From Thermotogaceae bacterium (lineage in GTDB: Bacteria; Thermotogota; Thermotogae; MWEM01), in contig JASUTC010000001.1 of NCBI GenBank assembly GCA_030445775.1, positions 96,469 to 160,468 on the forward strand: a stretch of DNA of 64,000 nt, in the 5' to 3' direction. The notes under the pieces are model-generated. The model had not been told where the DNA came from and searched no databases. It was given only the letters and a program-made list of their open reading frames with translations. Both the position numbers and the translations under genes were made by a program. Each line of letters starts with the position of its first letter. Position 1 is the stretch's first letter. Below are positions 45,487 to 56,364 of the stretch, one piece after another.

Positions 45487-45603
45487 TCAGCCCTGTTTTT
45501 GGTTGTGTTTTGGATTTCTACTGCATATAATTCTTACAATACCTTTTCTTCTAATAACCTTACAAAATTCACATCTTGGCTTAACAGATGCTCTTACTTT
45601 CAT
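45487..45603 (-). CDS. rpmJ: 50S ribosomal protein L36
   Basis: Not in the ORF track (38 aa). My translation is [38 protein letters not shown] (Zn-type C..C...C....H). Confidence 0.95.
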   Translation of the reverse strand: MKVRASVKPRCEFCKVIRRKGIVRIICSRNPKHNQKQG

Positions 45604-45637
45604 GGCAGACACTCTCCTTTCATATCTCTTCTATTCT

Positions 45638-45865
45638 TTATGCCTTTTTCCTGTAAACGATACGTCCTTTTGTTAAATCGTATATAGACAACTCAACCAC
45701 AACGCTATCACCTGGAACTAAACGTATAAAGTTTTTTCTCATTTTTCCGGATATATGTGCAATCACCTCGTGTCCATTTTCAAGTTCTACTTTGAAAACC
45801 GCATTAGGTAAGGCCTCTAACACTTTACCGTCAATTTTTATGACATCACTGTTATTTTTTGGCAT
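45638..45865 (-). CDS. infA: translation initiation factor IF-1
   Basis: 75 aa S1-like fold: [26 protein letters not shown]...IR..PGD.V.VE. Confidence 0.95.
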   Translation of the reverse strand: MPKNNSDVIKIDGKVLEALPNAVFKVELENGHEVIAHISGKMRKNFIRLVPGDSVVVELSIYDLTKGRIVYRKKA

Positions 45866-45954
45866 TTACTCCCCCCCGCCTACTTTACATGCTTTCTGAT
45901 TATTGACCCAAGTTTAATTGGAGTCTTTTCAGCCATTATCGGGGCTAACATAAA

Positions 45955-46620
45955 CTAATCCTGCCTCAACTCTTCCAAGGTATTAAACACAATCTCATCG
46001 ACCTTGTCAACAGTTCCGGAAGCATCTATTGTAATAATCTGGTTACGGTCTCTATACAATCTAATCAACGGCGACGTTTTATCAATGTAAATTTGGTACC
46101 TTTTTCTGACGGTTTCAGCTTTGTCGTCTTCCCTTTGAATTAGGGGTGTGCCGTCATCATCACATTGAGTATCTTTTTTTGGTTTTAAAGAGATTAAATT
46201 GTACACTCTGGAACACTTTGGGCAAACCCGTCTGTTGCTTATTCTTTTTACTACTTCATCCTCAGATACATCAAGGAAGATAACCGCTGTTAAAGACAAT
46301 TCAAGCTCTTTTAATATTTTATCCAGATCTTCTGCTTGATTTACGTTCCTTGGAAATCCATCCAGAATAAAACCGTTCGTACAGTCATTTTTTGATAATC
46401 GATCTTTAACTAAGTTAAAAAGTAATTCATCAGACACAAGTTGACCTGATTCCATTACCGATTGCACCTTTTTACCTAACTCAGATCCTGCAGATACTGC
46501 ATCTCTCAACATATCTCCAGTAGATATATGCGGAACGCCATAGCGTTCCACAACATCTTTTGCCACTGTGCCTTTCCCTGCACCCGGGGGGCCGAGAAAA
46601 ATTAAATTTAATTTTTTCAA
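45955..46620 (-). CDS. adk: adenylate kinase (Zn-lid type)
   Basis: P-loop GPPGAGKGT. Lid CPKC...x16...CDDD. Confidence 0.95.
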   Translation of the reverse strand: MKKLNLIFLGPPGAGKGTVAKDVVERYGVPHISTGDMLRDAVSAGSELGKKVQSVMESGQLVSDELLFNLVKDRLSKNDCTNGFILDGFPRNVNQAEDLDKILKELELSLTAVIFLDVSEDEVVKRISNRRVCPKCSRVYNLISLKPKKDTQCDDDGTPLIQREDDKAETVRKRYQIYIDKTSPLIRLYRDRNQIITIDASGTVDKVDEIVFNTLEELRQD

Positions 46621-46625
46621 TTAAA

Positions 46626-47915
46626 TCATCTTCTTCCCTTCAAACGACCTTTTTTCATAAATCCATCATAATTTCTCATAATCATATGTTGTTCCATTTG
46701 CTGTATGACATCAAGTGAAACTCCAACTGCAATTAGCGCAGAGGTTCCACCGATCCATATATTAATTCCCAATATTCCCGATAAAAGATACGGAATAACG
46801 GCAATAATAACCAAAAACATTGCTCCCATAAATGTCATCTTGTTCAGTATCCTCGTAAGATATCTTTCTGTTGGCGCACCGGGTCTGATACCGGGAATAA
46901 ATCCACCGTATCTCTTAATATTATCTGAGACATCATGTACATCAAAAGTGATGATACTGTAGAAATACGAGAAGAAGAATATCAGTACTGCGTAAATTGG
47001 AACGTACAGATAACCACCCGTACCAAGCCATCTTTCCAAAGCGGGACTGTTTGACATAGATGCAATAGCTGCCGGTATGATCATGATCGCTTGCCCAAAT
47101 ATTATTGGAATAACACCACTTTGGTTAACTTTCATAGGAATATAGGTAGTCTGTCCCCCATATACCTTTCTTCCGGTTACTCTTTTGGCGTATTGTACTC
47201 TAACTCTTCTTTCACCTTGTTGAACATAAATGATTCCGATGATCATGGCTAACATTACAGCCAACATGATGAGCCATTCCATAATACCGAGTTGTCCCAC
47301 AATGGCTTGTCCAACATAACTGGGGAATCTTGCAACAATTCCTGCAAAGATTAGGACGGAGATACCGTTTCCTATACCTTTTTCTGTGATCCTCTCACCA
47401 AGCCAAATGGCAAACATTGTACCGGCAACAATCGTAATCGTTGAAACGAAAACAAAGAAAAATGGTGCGATACCTTCAACAATAAGGGCAGGATTTCTTG
47501 AAATACTGAAACTGAGAATGAATCCCTGTAAAACGGCGAGCGCTACAGTTAAATATCTGGTAATCTTCGCAAGTTTTTTCTTTCCTTCTTCCCCTTCTTT
47601 TGACAGTTCTTTCAAACTGGGAACAACGCTCATTAAAAGTTGAAGGATAATTGATGCGTTAATATAAGGTGTTACACTCATCATCATGATAGAAAACTGT
47701 TGAAGAGCTCCCCCAGCAAATACATCGTAAAAACTAAATAACCCACCGGCAGCACCGGATTGAAAGCTTTGGAATACGTTTGACCATTCTGATAAATTGA
47801 TACCGGGAATGGGGATATAAACACCCAACCTATAAACAATAAGCATCAAAAGTGTAAATATGATTCTTTCTCTTAATTCGGGAATACGAAAAGCATTCTT
47901 AAATGCTGTCCACAA
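46626..47915 (-). CDS. secY: preprotein translocase subunit SecY
   Basis: 429 aa, 10 TM helices. Canonical position between rplO and adk. Confidence 0.96.
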   Translation of the reverse strand: MWTAFKNAFRIPELRERIIFTLLMLIVYRLGVYIPIPGINLSEWSNVFQSFQSGAAGGLFSFYDVFAGGALQQFSIMMMSVTPYINASIILQLLMSVVPSLKELSKEGEEGKKKLAKITRYLTVALAVLQGFILSFSISRNPALIVEGIAPFFFVFVSTITIVAGTMFAIWLGERITEKGIGNGISVLIFAGIVARFPSYVGQAIVGQLGIMEWLIMLAVMLAMIIGIIYVQQGERRVRVQYAKRVTGRKVYGGQTTYIPMKVNQSGVIPIIFGQAIMIIPAAIASMSNSPALERWLGTGGYLYVPIYAVLIFFFSYFYSIITFDVHDVSDNIKRYGGFIPGIRPGAPTERYLTRILNKMTFMGAMFLVIIAVIPYLLSGILGINIWIGGTSALIAVGVSLDVIQQMEQHMIMRNYDGFMKKGRLKGRR

Positions 47916-47916
47916 T

Positions 47917-48366
47917 TCAAATCACCTCAATTTGGCCGCCAGCTGCTTCTATTTTCTCCTTTGCACTTTTACTGAAGGCATTGACTTTTACAGTCAGCTT
48001 CTTACTGATTGTTCCTTCTCCAAGTATCTTAACACCATCCAACGTTTTTTTGATGATACCTCTTTCAAGTAGTCCTGATACTGTGACTTCATCTTCGTTG
48101 TTGAATCTTTCTTCGAGTACATCAAGATTAAGAACAGTATATACCTTCTTATTAATGTTTTTAAAACCCTTTTTTGGAATTCTTACATAAAGGGGCGTTT
48201 GGCCACCTTCAAAACCCGGTTTACTTTTGGCACCTGATCTTGATTTTTGTCCTTTATGTCCTTTTCCAGCTGTTTTGCCTTTACCGGATCCAGGTCCTCT
48301 TCCAACTCTTACTCTTTTTTTCTTTGAACCATCTGTAGGTCTTAAATCTTCTAATTTAAGGGGCAT
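47917..48366 (-). CDS. rplO: 50S ribosomal protein L15
   Basis: L.DL.P..GS.K...RVGRG.GSG.GKT.G.G.KGQ. Confidence 0.96.
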   Translation of the reverse strand: MPLKLEDLRPTDGSKKKRVRVGRGPGSGKGKTAGKGHKGQKSRSGAKSKPGFEGGQTPLYVRIPKKGFKNINKKVYTVLNLDVLEERFNNEDEVTVSGLLERGIIKKTLDGVKILGEGTISKKLTVKVNAFSKSAKEKIEAAGGQIEVI

Positions 48367-48397
48367 CTAAAAACCTCCTCCCATTCTTTATTGTTAA

Positions 48398-48577
48398 CTA
48401 TACTTCTTCCACTTTAACAAGATGTTTGATCTTGTTTATCATTCCTCTGATTTGAGGTAAATCTTCCTTCTCAACAACTGATCTGATTTTTCTCAGACCC
48501 AGTGCCATTGCCGTAGCTCTTTGGTCGCTTTTATAACCGATCGGACTTTTAATCAGTTGTATTCTCAGCTTAGACAT
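48398..48577 (-). CDS. rpmD: 50S ribosomal protein L30
   Basis: [14 protein letters not shown]....[21 protein letters not shown] supports ATG 48577. Confidence 0.93.
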   Translation of the reverse strand: MSKLRIQLIKSPIGYKSDQRATAMALGLRKIRSVVEKEDLPQIRGMINKIKHLVKVEEV

Positions 48578-49103
48578 TCTTCTCACCTCTGTCTACACCA
48601 TTAAAGACCTCACTTACTTTTATATCACGTTTTGCTGCGATATCAGCAGGAGATTCAAGTTCTTTGAGACCTTTGAAAGTGGCCCTTACAACATTCAATG
48701 GCGTTCTGGAACCAAGATTCTTTGTCAAGATATTATGAACTCCGGCAAGTTCTACTACCGCTCGAACAGAATCCGATGCAACAACACCGGCCCCCGGAGC
48801 TGCTGGTTTCATCAAAATCTCCGCTGAAGTCCATCTGGACTGAATCTCATGAGGTATTGTTCCTTTAATTATTGGAACAGTTATTGTGTTTTTCTTGGCA
48901 TCTGCTATGGCTTTCCTAATAGCATCCGGCACTTCAAGTGCACTACCGATTCCAATACCTACTGTACCATTTCTATCACCAACAACGGCAACACATCTAA
49001 AATGAAGGTTCTTACCTCCACCAACAACTTTTGTTGTTCGTGTTATATCAACAACTCTTTCTTCAAGTTCAACTTGATCATTTTTCGTTCGATTCTGAGG
49101 CAA
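48570..49103 (-). CDS. rpsE: 30S ribosomal protein S5
   Basis: ...[40 protein letters not shown]. Confidence 0.96.
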   Translation of the reverse strand: MPQNRTKNDQVELEERVVDITRTTKVVGGGKNLHFRCVAVVGDRNGTVGIGIGSALEVPDAIRKAIADAKKNTITVPIIKGTIPHEIQSRWTSAEILMKPAAPGAGVVASDSVRAVVELAGVHNILTKNLGSRTPLNVVRATFKGLKELESPADIAAKRDIKVSEVFNGVDRGEKNV

Positions 49104-49115
49104 AACAATCCCTCC

Positions 49116-49484
49116 TTAAAACTTTAGGCCGGCATTTCTTGCACCATCGGCAAGTGCCTTGACTCTTCCGTGATACTTGAATCCGCCTCTATCAAATACA
49201 ACTTCGTCAATACCTGCCTCTTTAGCCTTATTGGCGATATCTTCTCCGACCTTTTCAGCTGCTGTTTTATCCCATGTTTTATCTAACGTGCCTTTCAATT
49301 CATCATTAAGCGTAGATGAGGCACACAATGTATGATGTGTTGTATCATCTATGATTTGAGCGTACATGTGTTTTTCGCTTCTGAATACTGCCATTCTTGG
49401 TTTTTCAGGGGTTCCTGAAACCTTTTTACGTACTCTCAGATGTCTTTTTCTTCTGGCATATTTTCTGTCATTTCTGTTTATCAT
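49116..49484 (-). CDS. rplR: 50S ribosomal protein L18
   Basis: ...[28 protein letters not shown]. Confidence 0.96.
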   Translation of the reverse strand: MINRNDRKYARRKRHLRVRKKVSGTPEKPRMAVFRSEKHMYAQIIDDTTHHTLCASSTLNDELKGTLDKTWDKTAAEKVGEDIANKAKEAGIDEVVFDRGGFKYHGRVKALADGARNAGLKF

Positions 49485-49498
49485 TTTCTCACCCCCGA

Positions 49499-50071
49499 TT
49501 ATACCTTTTTACCGACTTTTGTTCTGACAACCTCATCAACATACCTGATACCTTTACCACCATAAACCAGAGGTATTCTCCAGCCTCTAATATTAGCTGC
49601 TGTTTGTCCCACAACTTCTTTATCTATACCGTTGACGACAATCTGGTTAGGTTTTGGTACTTCAAAGGTGACGTTTTCAGGTGGTTCCACGTTAACCTCA
49701 TGAGCATATCCCAAATTCATATTAAGCGTTTTACCTTTCATAGCAGCTCTATATCCTACGCCAACTATAGTCAATTCTTTTTTAAAACCTTCAGTAACGC
49801 CTGTGATCATGTTCTTAATATGCGAACAAAATGTTCCGGTCATTGCTCTGAACATTTTCGCTTCGCTTGTTCTTTTCATTAACTCAAGATTTGGTTTTAC
49901 TGTAATCTCATTATTCTCAATCTCAATAATAACCTTGTCATTGAGCATTCTTTTCAATTCACCTTTGGGACCTTTAACAAAAATTGCATTATCCTTTATG
50001 GACACTTCAACCTTTGCGGGAATTGGTATGGGTTTCTTTGCGAGTCTTGATATAAACTTTTTTTCAGCCAT
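49499..50071 (-). CDS. rplF: 50S ribosomal protein L6
   Basis: SR..KKPI.IP..V.V......V.VKGPKGEL. Position in the spc operon. Confidence 0.95.
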   Translation of the reverse strand: MAEKKFISRLAKKPIPIPAKVEVSIKDNAIFVKGPKGELKRMLNDKVIIEIENNEITVKPNLELMKRTSEAKMFRAMTGTFCSHIKNMITGVTEGFKKELTIVGVGYRAAMKGKTLNMNLGYAHEVNVEPPENVTFEVPKPNQIVVNGIDKEVVGQTAANIRGWRIPLVYGGKGIRYVDEVVRTKVGKKV

Positions 50072-50100
50072 TATTTACACCTCCCATAAGCAATTTGGAA

Positions 50101-50505
50101 TTACCAGACATAAGCGATGATCTCGCCACCTGAAGACATTCTTCTGGCAGTCTTGTCTGTCATAACACCTTTGGAGGTGGTTAAAATAGCTATTCCAAGA
50201 CCACCTTTAACAGAAGGAATATTGTCCTTTGAACAATAAACCCTTCTTCCTGCTTTTGAAACTCTCACAATTCCTCTAATAACTTGCTTTCTTTCTCTAC
50301 GGGTTCCTTTGTATTTAAGCATTACTCTTAAAATTCCCTGTTTACCGTCTTCTATGTATCTGTAATCCTTAATATAACCCTCTTCTTTAAGTACATCACA
50401 TATGCTCTTCTTCAAATTGGAAGCAGGAATATCAACACTTTCGTCAAAGACGGAGTTTGCATTTCTAATTCTTGTGAGCATATCAGCTATAGTATCGCTC
50501 CACAC
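50101..50505 (-). CDS. rpsH: 30S ribosomal protein S8
   Basis: [12 protein letters not shown]...........S.L...I..VLKEEGYI. Confidence 0.96.
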   Translation of the reverse strand: MWSDTIADMLTRIRNANSVFDESVDIPASNLKKSICDVLKEEGYIKDYRYIEDGKQGILRVMLKYKGTRRERKQVIRGIVRVSKAGRRVYCSKDNIPSVKGGLGIAILTTSKGVMTDKTARRMSSGGEIIAYVW

Positions 50506-50525
50506 CTGTAACTACCTCCTTTCAA

Positions 50526-50711
50526 TTACCAGCTGGCCTTTCTAACACCAGGAAGTTTTCCCTCTAAGGCCATCTTTCTCAGACATACCCTGCAAATTCC
50601 AAATTCTCTGTAAACAGAATGAGGTCTACCACATACCTTACATCTGCTGTATTCTCGAGTTTTATATTTTTGAGGTTTCTTCCACTTTTCTACCATTGCT
50701 TTTCTTGCCAT
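50526..50711 (-). CDS. rpsZ: 30S ribosomal protein S14, type Z (zinc-binding)
   Basis: 61 aa with CKVCGRP...C.VC.R....G.LPG..KASW. Confidence 0.95.
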   Translation of the reverse strand: MARKAMVEKWKKPQKYKTREYSRCKVCGRPHSVYREFGICRVCLRKMALEGKLPGVRKASW

Positions 50712-50725
50712 TCTTTCCCTCCTAA

Positions 50726-51313
50726 TTATCCTCTTTTAAAGGGCATTCCCATCAATTCAAGCAGCTTTCTCGCTTCTTCATTCGTATTAGCGGTTGTTGC
50801 AATAATGATATCCATTCCTTGAATACGTTTCACGTTTTCAGGTCTGATCTCAGGAAAAATAACTTGTTCCGAAAGGCCAAATGCATAATTTCCTCTTCCA
50901 TCAAATGAATTTGGATTCAGACCACGGAAGTCTCTGACCTTAGGCAATACGATGTTGATCAACTTATAAATAAAGTTTTCCATATTACCATTACGTAACG
51001 TTACTTTAAGTCCTACCGGCATTCCCTTTCTAAGTTTAAAATTAGCAATCGCCTTTTTGGAATAAGTAATAACGGGTTTCTGACCGGCTATATCCCTGAG
51101 TTCTTCTTGATGTATTCTGAATAAATCTTTATTCCTGGAGCCTTCTCCAATTCCCATATTCACAACTATTTTTGAAAGCATTGGAACTTCCATTTTGTTC
51201 TTGTATGAAAATTCTTTCATCATTGCAGGAACTATTTCCTTCCTGTATATTTCATTTAAAACGCTGTTAATTCGTGCCGGTTTCTCCTGTTTAACTTTCT
51301 CTTTTTTTGCCAT
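50726..51313 (-). CDS. rplE: 50S ribosomal protein L5
   Basis: ...[19 protein letters not shown]...N... with a short Lys-rich N-terminal extension. Confidence 0.95.
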   Translation of the reverse strand: MAKKEKVKQEKPARINSVLNEIYRKEIVPAMMKEFSYKNKMEVPMLSKIVVNMGIGEGSRNKDLFRIHQEELRDIAGQKPVITYSKKAIANFKLRKGMPVGLKVTLRNGNMENFIYKLINIVLPKVRDFRGLNPNSFDGRGNYAFGLSEQVIFPEIRPENVKRIQGMDIIIATTANTNEEARKLLELMGMPFKRG

Positions 51314-51374
51314 TTTTCTCCCAGCTAATGATTATCCTAACAGGGATAATTCGCTGAGCACACCTCCTTGAAGA

Positions 51375-51725
51375 TTAATCTTTATCAATTAATTCACCGC
51401 ATTTTTTGCAATAACGCTTCTTATCTCCATCATCAAGGATCTTCCATCCAATTCTGGTCCGTTTATCACACCTGGGACAAACGACCATCACCTTGCTAGA
51501 ATTTAAAGGTAGATCTGTGTCGATGATTCCACCGTTCTTTTCTTGCTGTGTCGGTCTTTGATGGCGCTTAACGATGTTAATATTGTCAACGATTACCTTT
51601 GAAACAGATGGTATCACTCTTAATACTTTACCACGTTTTCCCCTATCGCGTCCGGAGATAACTTCAACTAGATCATCTTTTTTTATGATGTATTTGAATT
51701 TATTTGTTTTTTTTGGTTTTTTCAC
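51375..51725 (-). CDS. rplX: 50S ribosomal protein L24 (with a C-terminal CxxC...CxxC zinc ribbon)
   Basis: KOW motif KKDDLVEVISGRDRGKRGKVLRV. C-terminus CPRC...x21...CKKCG. Confidence 0.93.
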   Translation of the reverse strand: MKKPKKTNKFKYIIKKDDLVEVISGRDRGKRGKVLRVIPSVSKVIVDNINIVKRHQRPTQQEKNGGIIDTDLPLNSSKVMVVCPRCDKRTRIGWKILDDGDKKRYCKKCGELIDKD

Positions 51726-51738
51726 AAGAGCACCTCCT

Positions 51739-52107
51739 TTACAATACCTCTGGTGCCAAGGATACGATCTTCATATATCCCTTTTCCCTAAGCTCTCTGG
51801 CAACGGGTCCAAAAATTCTCGTTCCCTTGGGTACATTTTGATTGTCAATTAATACCGCCGCGTTGTCATCAAATCTAACATATGTTCCGTCTGGTCTTCT
51901 GACCTCTTTGTGAGTTCTGACAACGACTGCTTTGACCACTTCACCTTGTTTGACATTTGAATGCGGTATTGCCTCTTTGACAGATGCGACCACAATATCG
52001 CCAATGGTGCCATAATTTCTCTTTGATCCCCCAAGGATATTAATGACAAGAAGTTTTTTTGCTCCAGAGTTATCGGCTACATTCATGAGGGTTTCTCTAA
52101 ATATCAT
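51739..52107 (-). CDS. rplN: 50S ribosomal protein L14
   Basis: [26 protein letters not shown]. Confidence 0.96.
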   Translation of the reverse strand: MIFRETLMNVADNSGAKKLLVINILGGSKRNYGTIGDIVVASVKEAIPHSNVKQGEVVKAVVVRTHKEVRRPDGTYVRFDDNAAVLIDNQNVPKGTRIFGPVARELREKGYMKIVSLAPEVL

Positions 52108-52400
52108 TGTTCTTCGCCTCCCTCAGTTTCTAAAACCTTGATTTCTTCTTCATCGAGTATATCTCGTTTAACTATTTCAAGAACTTCCCATCTTTTATGT
52201 TTGCTCATTGGCTTGGATTCTATAATTCTCACGACATCAGCGATTTTACATTTATTTTCTTCGTCATGAGCCATGAATTTCTTTGTCTTTTTAACCCTTT
52301 TTCCAGTAACGGCGTGTTTAATCTGTCTCTTAACTTCAACAACAACCGTTTTTTCCATTTTATCACTTACAACTTCGCCGGTTAAAATTCTTCTGGGCAT
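52104..52400 (-). CDS. rpsQ: 30S ribosomal protein S17 (acidic C-terminal extension)
   Basis: R.L.G.VVSDKM.KTVVV.V.R...H....K......K..AHDE.N. Confidence 0.95.
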   Translation of the reverse strand: MPRRILTGEVVSDKMEKTVVVEVKRQIKHAVTGKRVKKTKKFMAHDEENKCKIADVVRIIESKPMSKHKRWEVLEIVKRDILDEEEIKVLETEGGEEQ

Positions 52401-52413
52401 CTTCTACCCTCCC

Positions 52414-52614
52414 TTATCTTTTGATACCTAATTCTCGTTCTGTGAGTATGGTCATAAACCTTGCAATATCTCGTTTACACGTTTTAATAAGATTTGTATT
52501 ATCAAGTTGTTTTAACGCCAATTGAAAACGAAGGTTCATCAACTCTTTCTTTTTTTCTTCTAACTTTTCGTTCAGCTCTTCATCTGTATATTGTCTCAGT
52601 TCACTAGCCTTCAT
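52414..52614 (-). CDS. rpmC: 50S ribosomal protein L29
   Basis: MKASELRQ.TDEEL.EKLEE.KKEL.NLRFQ. Confidence 0.95.
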   Translation of the reverse strand: MKASELRQYTDEELNEKLEEKKKELMNLRFQLALKQLDNTNLIKTCKRDIARFMTILTERELGIKR

Positions 52615-52616
52615 TT

Positions 52617-53039
52617 TTATTCACCTCCAACGGCATGCCTCTGGACTATCTTTGTTTTGATAGGTAGCTTATCCGAGGCCTTTTTTAAAGCCTTTTTTGC
52701 CAATTCCTCAGAAACACCACCTATTTCAAATATTATTTTCCCCGGTTTAACAACACTGACCCACATCTCAACGTTTCCTTTACCCTTACCCATTCTTGAA
52801 TCCTGGGCTTGTTTTGTAACCGGTTTGTCGGGAAATATTCTCATCCAAAGTTTACCGTTTCTCTTTAATGTTCTTACCATTGTTACCCTGCACGCTTCGA
52901 TCTGCCTTGCGGTAACCCATTCAGCCTCGAGCGCTTTTAAACCGTACTCACCAAAATGTACACTTGTGCCTCCCTTGGCCTTTCCGGTCATTGAACCACG
53001 TTGTTGTTTTCTGTATTTAACCCTCTTGGGCATCAACAT
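52617..53039 (-). CDS. rplP: 50S ribosomal protein L16
   Basis: [15 protein letters not shown]...G.AKGG..V.FGEYGL.A. Confidence 0.97.
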   Translation of the reverse strand: MLMPKRVKYRKQQRGSMTGKAKGGTSVHFGEYGLKALEAEWVTARQIEACRVTMVRTLKRNGKLWMRIFPDKPVTKQAQDSRMGKGKGNVEMWVSVVKPGKIIFEIGGVSEELAKKALKKASDKLPIKTKIVQRHAVGGE

Positions 53040-53069
53040 CTCAAATTACCTCCTCTCTAACTGTGAAGT

Positions 53070-53729
53070 TTATTTGTCAGAGGTGTATACCCATACCTTT
53101 ACACCTATTACTCCACTTTTCGTATTAGCAACTGTATAACCATAATCGATCTTGGCTTTCAATGTTTGTAGCGGAATACGTCCTTCACGATACCATTCAA
53201 CTCTTGCTATTTCAGCTCCACCCAAACGTCCTGCAACCATTACTTTGATTCCTCTTGCACCACTTTTCATGGCGTTTCTCATAACTCTTTTCATCGCTCG
53301 TTTATGAGATGTTCGTTTTTCAAGCATTGCCGCTACATTTTCTGCTACGAGAAGGGCATCTGTCTCGGGTGTCTTGATTTCTTTTATATTTACAAAGCAT
53401 TGCTTTCCGGTTAGCTTTTCCAATTGTTCTCTTAAAGCTTGAACTTCTGAACCTTTTTTCCCAATTACGATACCGGGTTTTGCTGTATATATGGAAATTT
53501 TGACCTTACTCGCACTGGGTCTTTCAATATACACTTCATCAACAGCGGCATCAGAATCTATAATTTGACCTCTCTTCGTCTTAATCCTATATCGTTTGTT
53601 TCGAATCAATTTTCTTATCTTTTCATCTTCTATGAGATAATCAGAATAGTTCTTTCCACCGAACCAATTTGCTTGCCAATCTTCCGAAACTCCAAGTCTA
53701 AACCCTCTGGGATGTACCTTTTGACCCAC
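53070..53729 (-). CDS. rpsC: 30S ribosomal protein S3
   Basis: [17 protein letters not shown]...WF... plus a KH domain. Confidence 0.97.
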   Translation of the reverse strand: MGQKVHPRGFRLGVSEDWQANWFGGKNYSDYLIEDEKIRKLIRNKRYRIKTKRGQIIDSDAAVDEVYIERPSASKVKISIYTAKPGIVIGKKGSEVQALREQLEKLTGKQCFVNIKEIKTPETDALLVAENVAAMLEKRTSHKRAMKRVMRNAMKSGARGIKVMVAGRLGGAEIARVEWYREGRIPLQTLKAKIDYGYTVANTKSGVIGVKVWVYTSDK

Positions 53730-53737
53730 GGTTCAAA

Positions 53738-54172
53738 TCACCTCGTTTCTCTTTCGTCGTTTTCAACTGTTTTTGACATATCTCCCACAACAACTGTTAT
53801 ATGAGACATCCTCTTTAATTGTATATCAGCTCTGCCACGACCTCTTGGCCATACTCTTTTTAATCTTGGTCCTTCATTGACATATGTTTCTTTGACAAAA
53901 AGATTATCTGCATCTAATTCATAATTGTGCACAGCATTTGCTACTGCTGAATTTAAAACCTTTTTAACCAAAGCTGCCCCTTTTTTGGGTGAAAATTCCA
54001 AGATATCCAACGCACGCTCAATTTTCTCTCCACGAATAGCATTGATAACAGATCGCACTTTTTTCGGGGAGATTCTCAGATATTTCGCAGTCGCTTTGGC
54101 CTCGGTCACGGGTGTTTTAGCCGCTTGTTCTTTTCTCTCTCTGTGATAAACAGATCTTTTTTGATGTGCCAT
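53738..54172 (-). CDS. rplV: 50S ribosomal protein L22 (N-terminal extension)
   Basis: [17 protein letters not shown]...IRG......L.IL.F.PKK. Confidence 0.95.
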   Translation of the reverse strand: MAHQKRSVYHRERKEQAAKTPVTEAKATAKYLRISPKKVRSVINAIRGEKIERALDILEFSPKKGAALVKKVLNSAVANAVHNYELDADNLFVKETYVNEGPRLKRVWPRGRGRADIQLKRMSHITVVVGDMSKTVENDERETR

Positions 54173-54178
54173 ATTCTA

Positions 54179-54484
54179 CTACGCCCCTTCCCTACTGCCG
54201 ACCTGGCCGACTTTCGCCTTTTTGTCAGCATGTCCGCCAAATCTCCTTGTGAATGAAAATTCACCGAGTTTATGGCCGACCATGTTTTCGCTAATATACA
54301 CTGGTATATGTTTTAAGCCATTATATACTGCTATCGTATGTCCTACCATTTCAGGTATTATTGTTGATGATCTACTCCAAGTTTTAAGAACTTCCTTTTT
54401 TCCGGCTTGATTTAACATTCTAACTTTCTTTAAAAGCTTTTGATGTACAAATGGCCCTTTTTTAGAAGATCTACTCAAAGGCAC
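54179..54484 (-). CDS. rpsS: 30S ribosomal protein S19
   Basis: [10 protein letters not shown]...L.KV......G......[20 protein letters not shown]. Confidence 0.96.
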   Translation of the reverse strand: MPLSRSSKKGPFVHQKLLKKVRMLNQAGKKEVLKTWSRSSTIIPEMVGHTIAVYNGLKHIPVYISENMVGHKLGEFSFTRRFGGHADKKAKVGQVGSREGA

Positions 54485-54496
54485 TACCTCCTTCCA

Positions 54497-55336
54497 TTAT
54501 CTCCTCTTTTTGGATTTTCTTCTTCTTACGATGAATTTATCGGATGCTTTCTTTCCACGTCTGGTTTTATAACCTTTTGCAAGGGTCCCCCATGGACTTT
54601 GTGGGTGTTTTCCACCTTTTGATCTTCCTTCTCCACCACCCATTGGATGATCGACGGGGTTCATAACCATACCTCTTACCGTGGGTTTAATACCAAGCCA
54701 TCGTTTTTTCCCTGCTTTTCCGTAAACTTCGTTGTTATGATTTTCATTTCCAACAACACCAACTGTTGCTTTACAGGTTTCAAGAATTCTTCTAAGTTCA
54801 CCGGAAGGCATTTTAAGAAGTGCATAGCCGCTTTCTCTTGCCATAATTTGTGCGGATATTCCGGCTGATCTTGCAATCTGAGCACCTTTACCGGGTGTAT
54901 ACTCAATAGCGTGAACCATTGTACCAACAGGAATCTCTCTTAAAATCTTACAATTTCCGGCTCTAATTTCAGCAGTTGGTCCACTCATAACTTCATCGCC
55001 GACATTCATTTTCTTCGGTGCCAGTATGTATCTTTTCTCTCCATCTTTGTAATAGAGTAAAGCAATTCTTGCTGATCTGTTAGGATCGTACTCAATGGAC
55101 ATGACCTTAGCAGGAATGCCATCTTTGTTTCTTTTGAAATCAATAACTCGATACATTCTTTTATGTCCGCCACCGTGATGCCTGACAGTAATTCTTCCCC
55201 TGTTATTTCTTCCGCCTTTTTTTCTTAACGGCTCTAATAAAGACTTTTCTGGTTCTTTTTTGGTAATTTCAGAATAATCCTGTCCTATGGCATATCTTCT
55301 CGTCGGGGTTGTTGGTTTATATCGTTTAAGTCCCAT
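54497..55336 (-). CDS. rplB: 50S ribosomal protein L2
   Basis: [12 protein letters not shown]... and GGGEG. Confidence 0.97.
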   Translation of the reverse strand: MGLKRYKPTTPTRRYAIGQDYSEITKKEPEKSLLEPLRKKGGRNNRGRITVRHHGGGHKRMYRVIDFKRNKDGIPAKVMSIEYDPNRSARIALLYYKDGEKRYILAPKKMNVGDEVMSGPTAEIRAGNCKILREIPVGTMVHAIEYTPGKGAQIARSAGISAQIMARESGYALLKMPSGELRRILETCKATVGVVGNENHNNEVYGKAGKKRWLGIKPTVRGMVMNPVDHPMGGGEGRSKGGKHPQSPWGTLAKGYKTRRGKKASDKFIVRRRKSKKRR

Positions 55337-55358
55337 TTTCAGCTCCCCTTTCTATATA

Positions 55359-55658
55359 TTAATAGATGTTATCCAAATCAGGAATGGTATAGCCTTCCTG
55401 TAATTTAATCATAGCTTTTTTCCAACTACGTGTTTTCCCAGTAAACTGTCCCTGTCTTTTGGGTTTTGGTTTACAATTCAAAACATTGATCTTTGACACC
55501 TTTACTTCATAAATATCCTCTATTGCCTTTTTTATCATTTGTTTGTTTGAATTTCTGTGAACTTCAAAAGTGTATGTATGATTTTCCATATTCGCAGTCG
55601 TTCTTTCTGTAACGATTGGGCGTATGAGAATATCTCTCGTATGGAGTTTAATTGGCAT
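55359..55658 (-). CDS. rplW: 50S ribosomal protein L23
   Basis: Position between rplD and rplB. ...ILIRPIVTE.......N.YTF.V...ANK..IK.A. Confidence 0.95.
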   Translation of the reverse strand: MPIKLHTRDILIRPIVTERTTANMENHTYTFEVHRNSNKQMIKKAIEDIYEVKVSKINVLNCKPKPKRQGQFTGKTRSWKKAMIKLQEGYTIPDLDNIY

Positions 55659-56328
55659 TACCCAACACCTCCTCGATTTTTTTAATCGTTTCTTTGGTTA
55701 TAATAACCTTTTGACAGTTGATGATGTCATAAACATTGAGCCCGTCTATATTGGTTTTTTGGCTTGTATTTCCCGGATTATCGGCAATGATCACCTTTGA
55801 TTGCTTAATATTTTTTCCGGACATCTTTGTGTTTTCATACTCTGAATTTTTGAAAGGTAATACAAGCAACGTTTTATTGTCATTTACCGATAAAGCCTCT
55901 AAAACCTTTTTATACGATTTTGTTTTTACCTCTTTCATCTTAAACTCTTCGATGACTATGAGATTACCCTCTCTAAAGCGTGTACTCAAGGCTGATTTCA
56001 ACGCTAATCTTTTCATTTTTTTTGGAAGTTTTACCTTCCATTCTCTTGGCTTGGGTCCAAAAGCGACTCCACCATGTCTTTGATGAGGCCCCTTAAGACT
56101 CCCTTGTCTTGCTCTACCTGTGTGCTTCTGTGGAAAGGGCTTTTTACCGGTACCTTTTACTTCCGCTCTGGTTTTAGTAGAAGCCGTTCCCTGTCTTCTG
56201 TTGGTGAGTTGCATATTGACATACCTGAACATCACATCTTGGTTTGGTTCGATATCAAATATATCGTTTCTCAATTCAACTTCACCAGTACTCTGTCCAT
56301 TTAGGTCGAGAACCTTAATTTTTGCCAT
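55648..56328 (-). CDS. rplD: 50S ribosomal protein L4
   Basis: ...R.GTASTKTR.EV.G.GKKP..QK.TGRAR.GS...P. 11-nt overlap with rplW. Confidence 0.96.
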   Translation of the reverse strand: MAKIKVLDLNGQSTGEVELRNDIFDIEPNQDVMFRYVNMQLTNRRQGTASTKTRAEVKGTGKKPFPQKHTGRARQGSLKGPHQRHGGVAFGPKPREWKVKLPKKMKRLALKSALSTRFREGNLIVIEEFKMKEVKTKSYKKVLEALSVNDNKTLLVLPFKNSEYENTKMSGKNIKQSKVIIADNPGNTSQKTNIDGLNVYDIINCQKVIITKETIKKIEEVLGNAN

Positions 56329-56364
56329 TGTTTCCTCCTTTCAACGTGACTGATATGATTATTA

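Noticed and set aside
45880-45936. An 18-codon mini-ORF (MAEKTPIKLGSIIRKHVK*) on the minus strand in the adk-infA spacer, considered as a possible remnant of map.
   Set aside because: It has no convincing similarity to the Map N-terminus, it is too short, and there is no SD. It is most likely a chance ORF in a leader region.
52591-53139. Long antisense ORFs in the six-frame track. Examples: 182 aa at 52591-53139 opposite rplP, 161 aa at 49397-49882 opposite rplF/rplR, 142 aa at 42917-43345 opposite rpoA, 150 aa at 60080-60532 opposite fusA, 139 aa at 62814-63233 opposite the nuoF-like gene.
   Set aside because: Each lies entirely opposite a strongly conserved, motif-verified gene. They have Ser/Phe/Leu-rich low-complexity composition typical of antisense frames in AT-rich DNA, and they lack SD sequences. 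They are shadow ORFs, not genes.
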